Below are positions 62,913 through 64,000 of a stretch of DNA of 64,000 nt, in pieces (the stretch's first letter is position 1; the number at the start of each line of letters is the position of its first letter). A model generated the notes under the pieces. That model saw only the letters and a program-made list of their open reading frames with translations. It did no database searches and was not told the DNA's origin. A program made the position numbers and the translations under genes. The stretch comes from Mobula hypostoma (lineage: Eukaryota). The stretch covers positions 22,134,001 to 22,198,000 of the forward strand of contig NC_086106.1 in assembly GCF_963921235.1 (NCBI RefSeq). Reading direction: 5' to 3'.

Positions 62913-64000
62913 AACAACAACCAGAATTTTCAACCCCAGATAACTGTAAATACATATATATATATACACACATACACACACACATATATATATACACACA
63001 CACGTGTATATATACACACACACACACACACGCGCGCGCGCGCCCACACACATATAACATAACGCCGACTACTGAGAGTATAATATAATTCATAACAAGA
63101 AACCGCATAACTTACAAGAGGGAAAAAAAGCAGAAAGTAAGGGATTGTGGCATGCGAAAAAAAAGATAGGCTTACCCTGCAGAAGCCCTGTGAAAATATT
63201 CAAGAAAAGGTCCCCACACTTTATGAAACTTTATGTCCGAGTTAGAAAGTGAATAATTAATATTTTCAAGGTCTAAAAGGCCATAATATCAATAAGCCAT
63301 TGTGCATGAGTAGGTGGGGCAGTGTTTTTCCACCTAGGAAGGACCAACTGTCCAGCCAAAAGAGATACAAAAGATAATGTTCGGCATTTAGACGTACTCA
63401 AGTGCATTTAGTTCTCCTAAGGTGCGAAGTAAAGGAACCAGAGGGTTAGGTTCTAAATGACATTTAAGAATATGAGATAGAGTTAAGAAAACTTCTCGCC
63501 AGAATTTATCAAGACTGGGACAGGTCCAATGCATATGAATAAGAGAAGCCTCAGCCCATTTTCACTTATCACAAACAGGACTAATATCTCTGGATAAAAC
63601 CGGGATAATTTCGGTTTAGACATATGAGCCCAGCGTACAACCTTCAACTGCAAAAGGCAATGACGAGCACATAGAGAGGATGAATTAACTGATTTAAAAT
63701 TTGAATCCGAAACCGTATCGGATAAAGAGATATTTAGATCTTCTTCCCAGGTAGTTCTAATTTTATCGAAAGGAGCACGCCTCAGAATCACTAACTTACC
63801 CAGAATAGTCCATATTAAACCATTGCCCAGTGGATTGCTACATAGAACATTTATATTTCGAAGCCAAGTTACACCCAATTTAATCCGTTACATTTGGAGT
63901 TTCACCAGCACATCTGATGCTGCGTTGATGGCAGACGGCAAACAAAATAGTGAGAATTCCTTCTCGAGTTGAGTGAAGACTTCCAAACCATTCTGAAATT
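62640..64000 (-). mobile_element. L1/Tx1-clade LINE 3' end
   Basis: ORF 63483..63878 (WEEDLNISLSD..NSSSLCARHCLLQLKVV..KLSRFYP) plus a Cys/His C-terminal remnant. Confidence 0.85.
62860..63060. repeat. (TA)n, (CA)n and (CG)n microsatellites within the L1 3' region
   Basis: Seen directly. Confidence 0.95.

Overview
Vertebrate genomic DNA, most likely from a cartilaginous fish (inferred from the repeat families and the V-segment motifs), with two N gaps. It is part of an antigen-receptor variable-segment array, best read as the TCR alpha/delta V region, and every segment is on the minus strand. In transcriptional order: one apparently intact leader+V gene with a 23-RSS (50483-49440); a nearly intact V pseudogene (41296-40956, candidate leader near 42.75 kb); a V pseudogene split by a 1.8-kb CR1 insertion but with a perfect RSS heptamer (15175-13022); a heavily decayed V that the ORF track does not show (about 7.7-6.9 kb); and a leader/intron unit whose V exon should lie left of the window (about 0.7-3.0 kb). 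About 2 kb upstream of the apparently leaderless split V is a decayed KLT(F)GQGT J-like motif, a possible relic of a J-before-V (NAR-TCR-like) cassette. Most of the remaining sequence is transposable elements: CR1, L1-like and Rex/Babar LINEs, two Gypsy elements, an ERV/Gypsy-like gag, LTRs carrying minisatellites, a mariner fragment, and Penelope-type terminal repeats with minimal hammerhead ribozyme motifs. All alignments were done by eye, and repeat boundaries are approximate.
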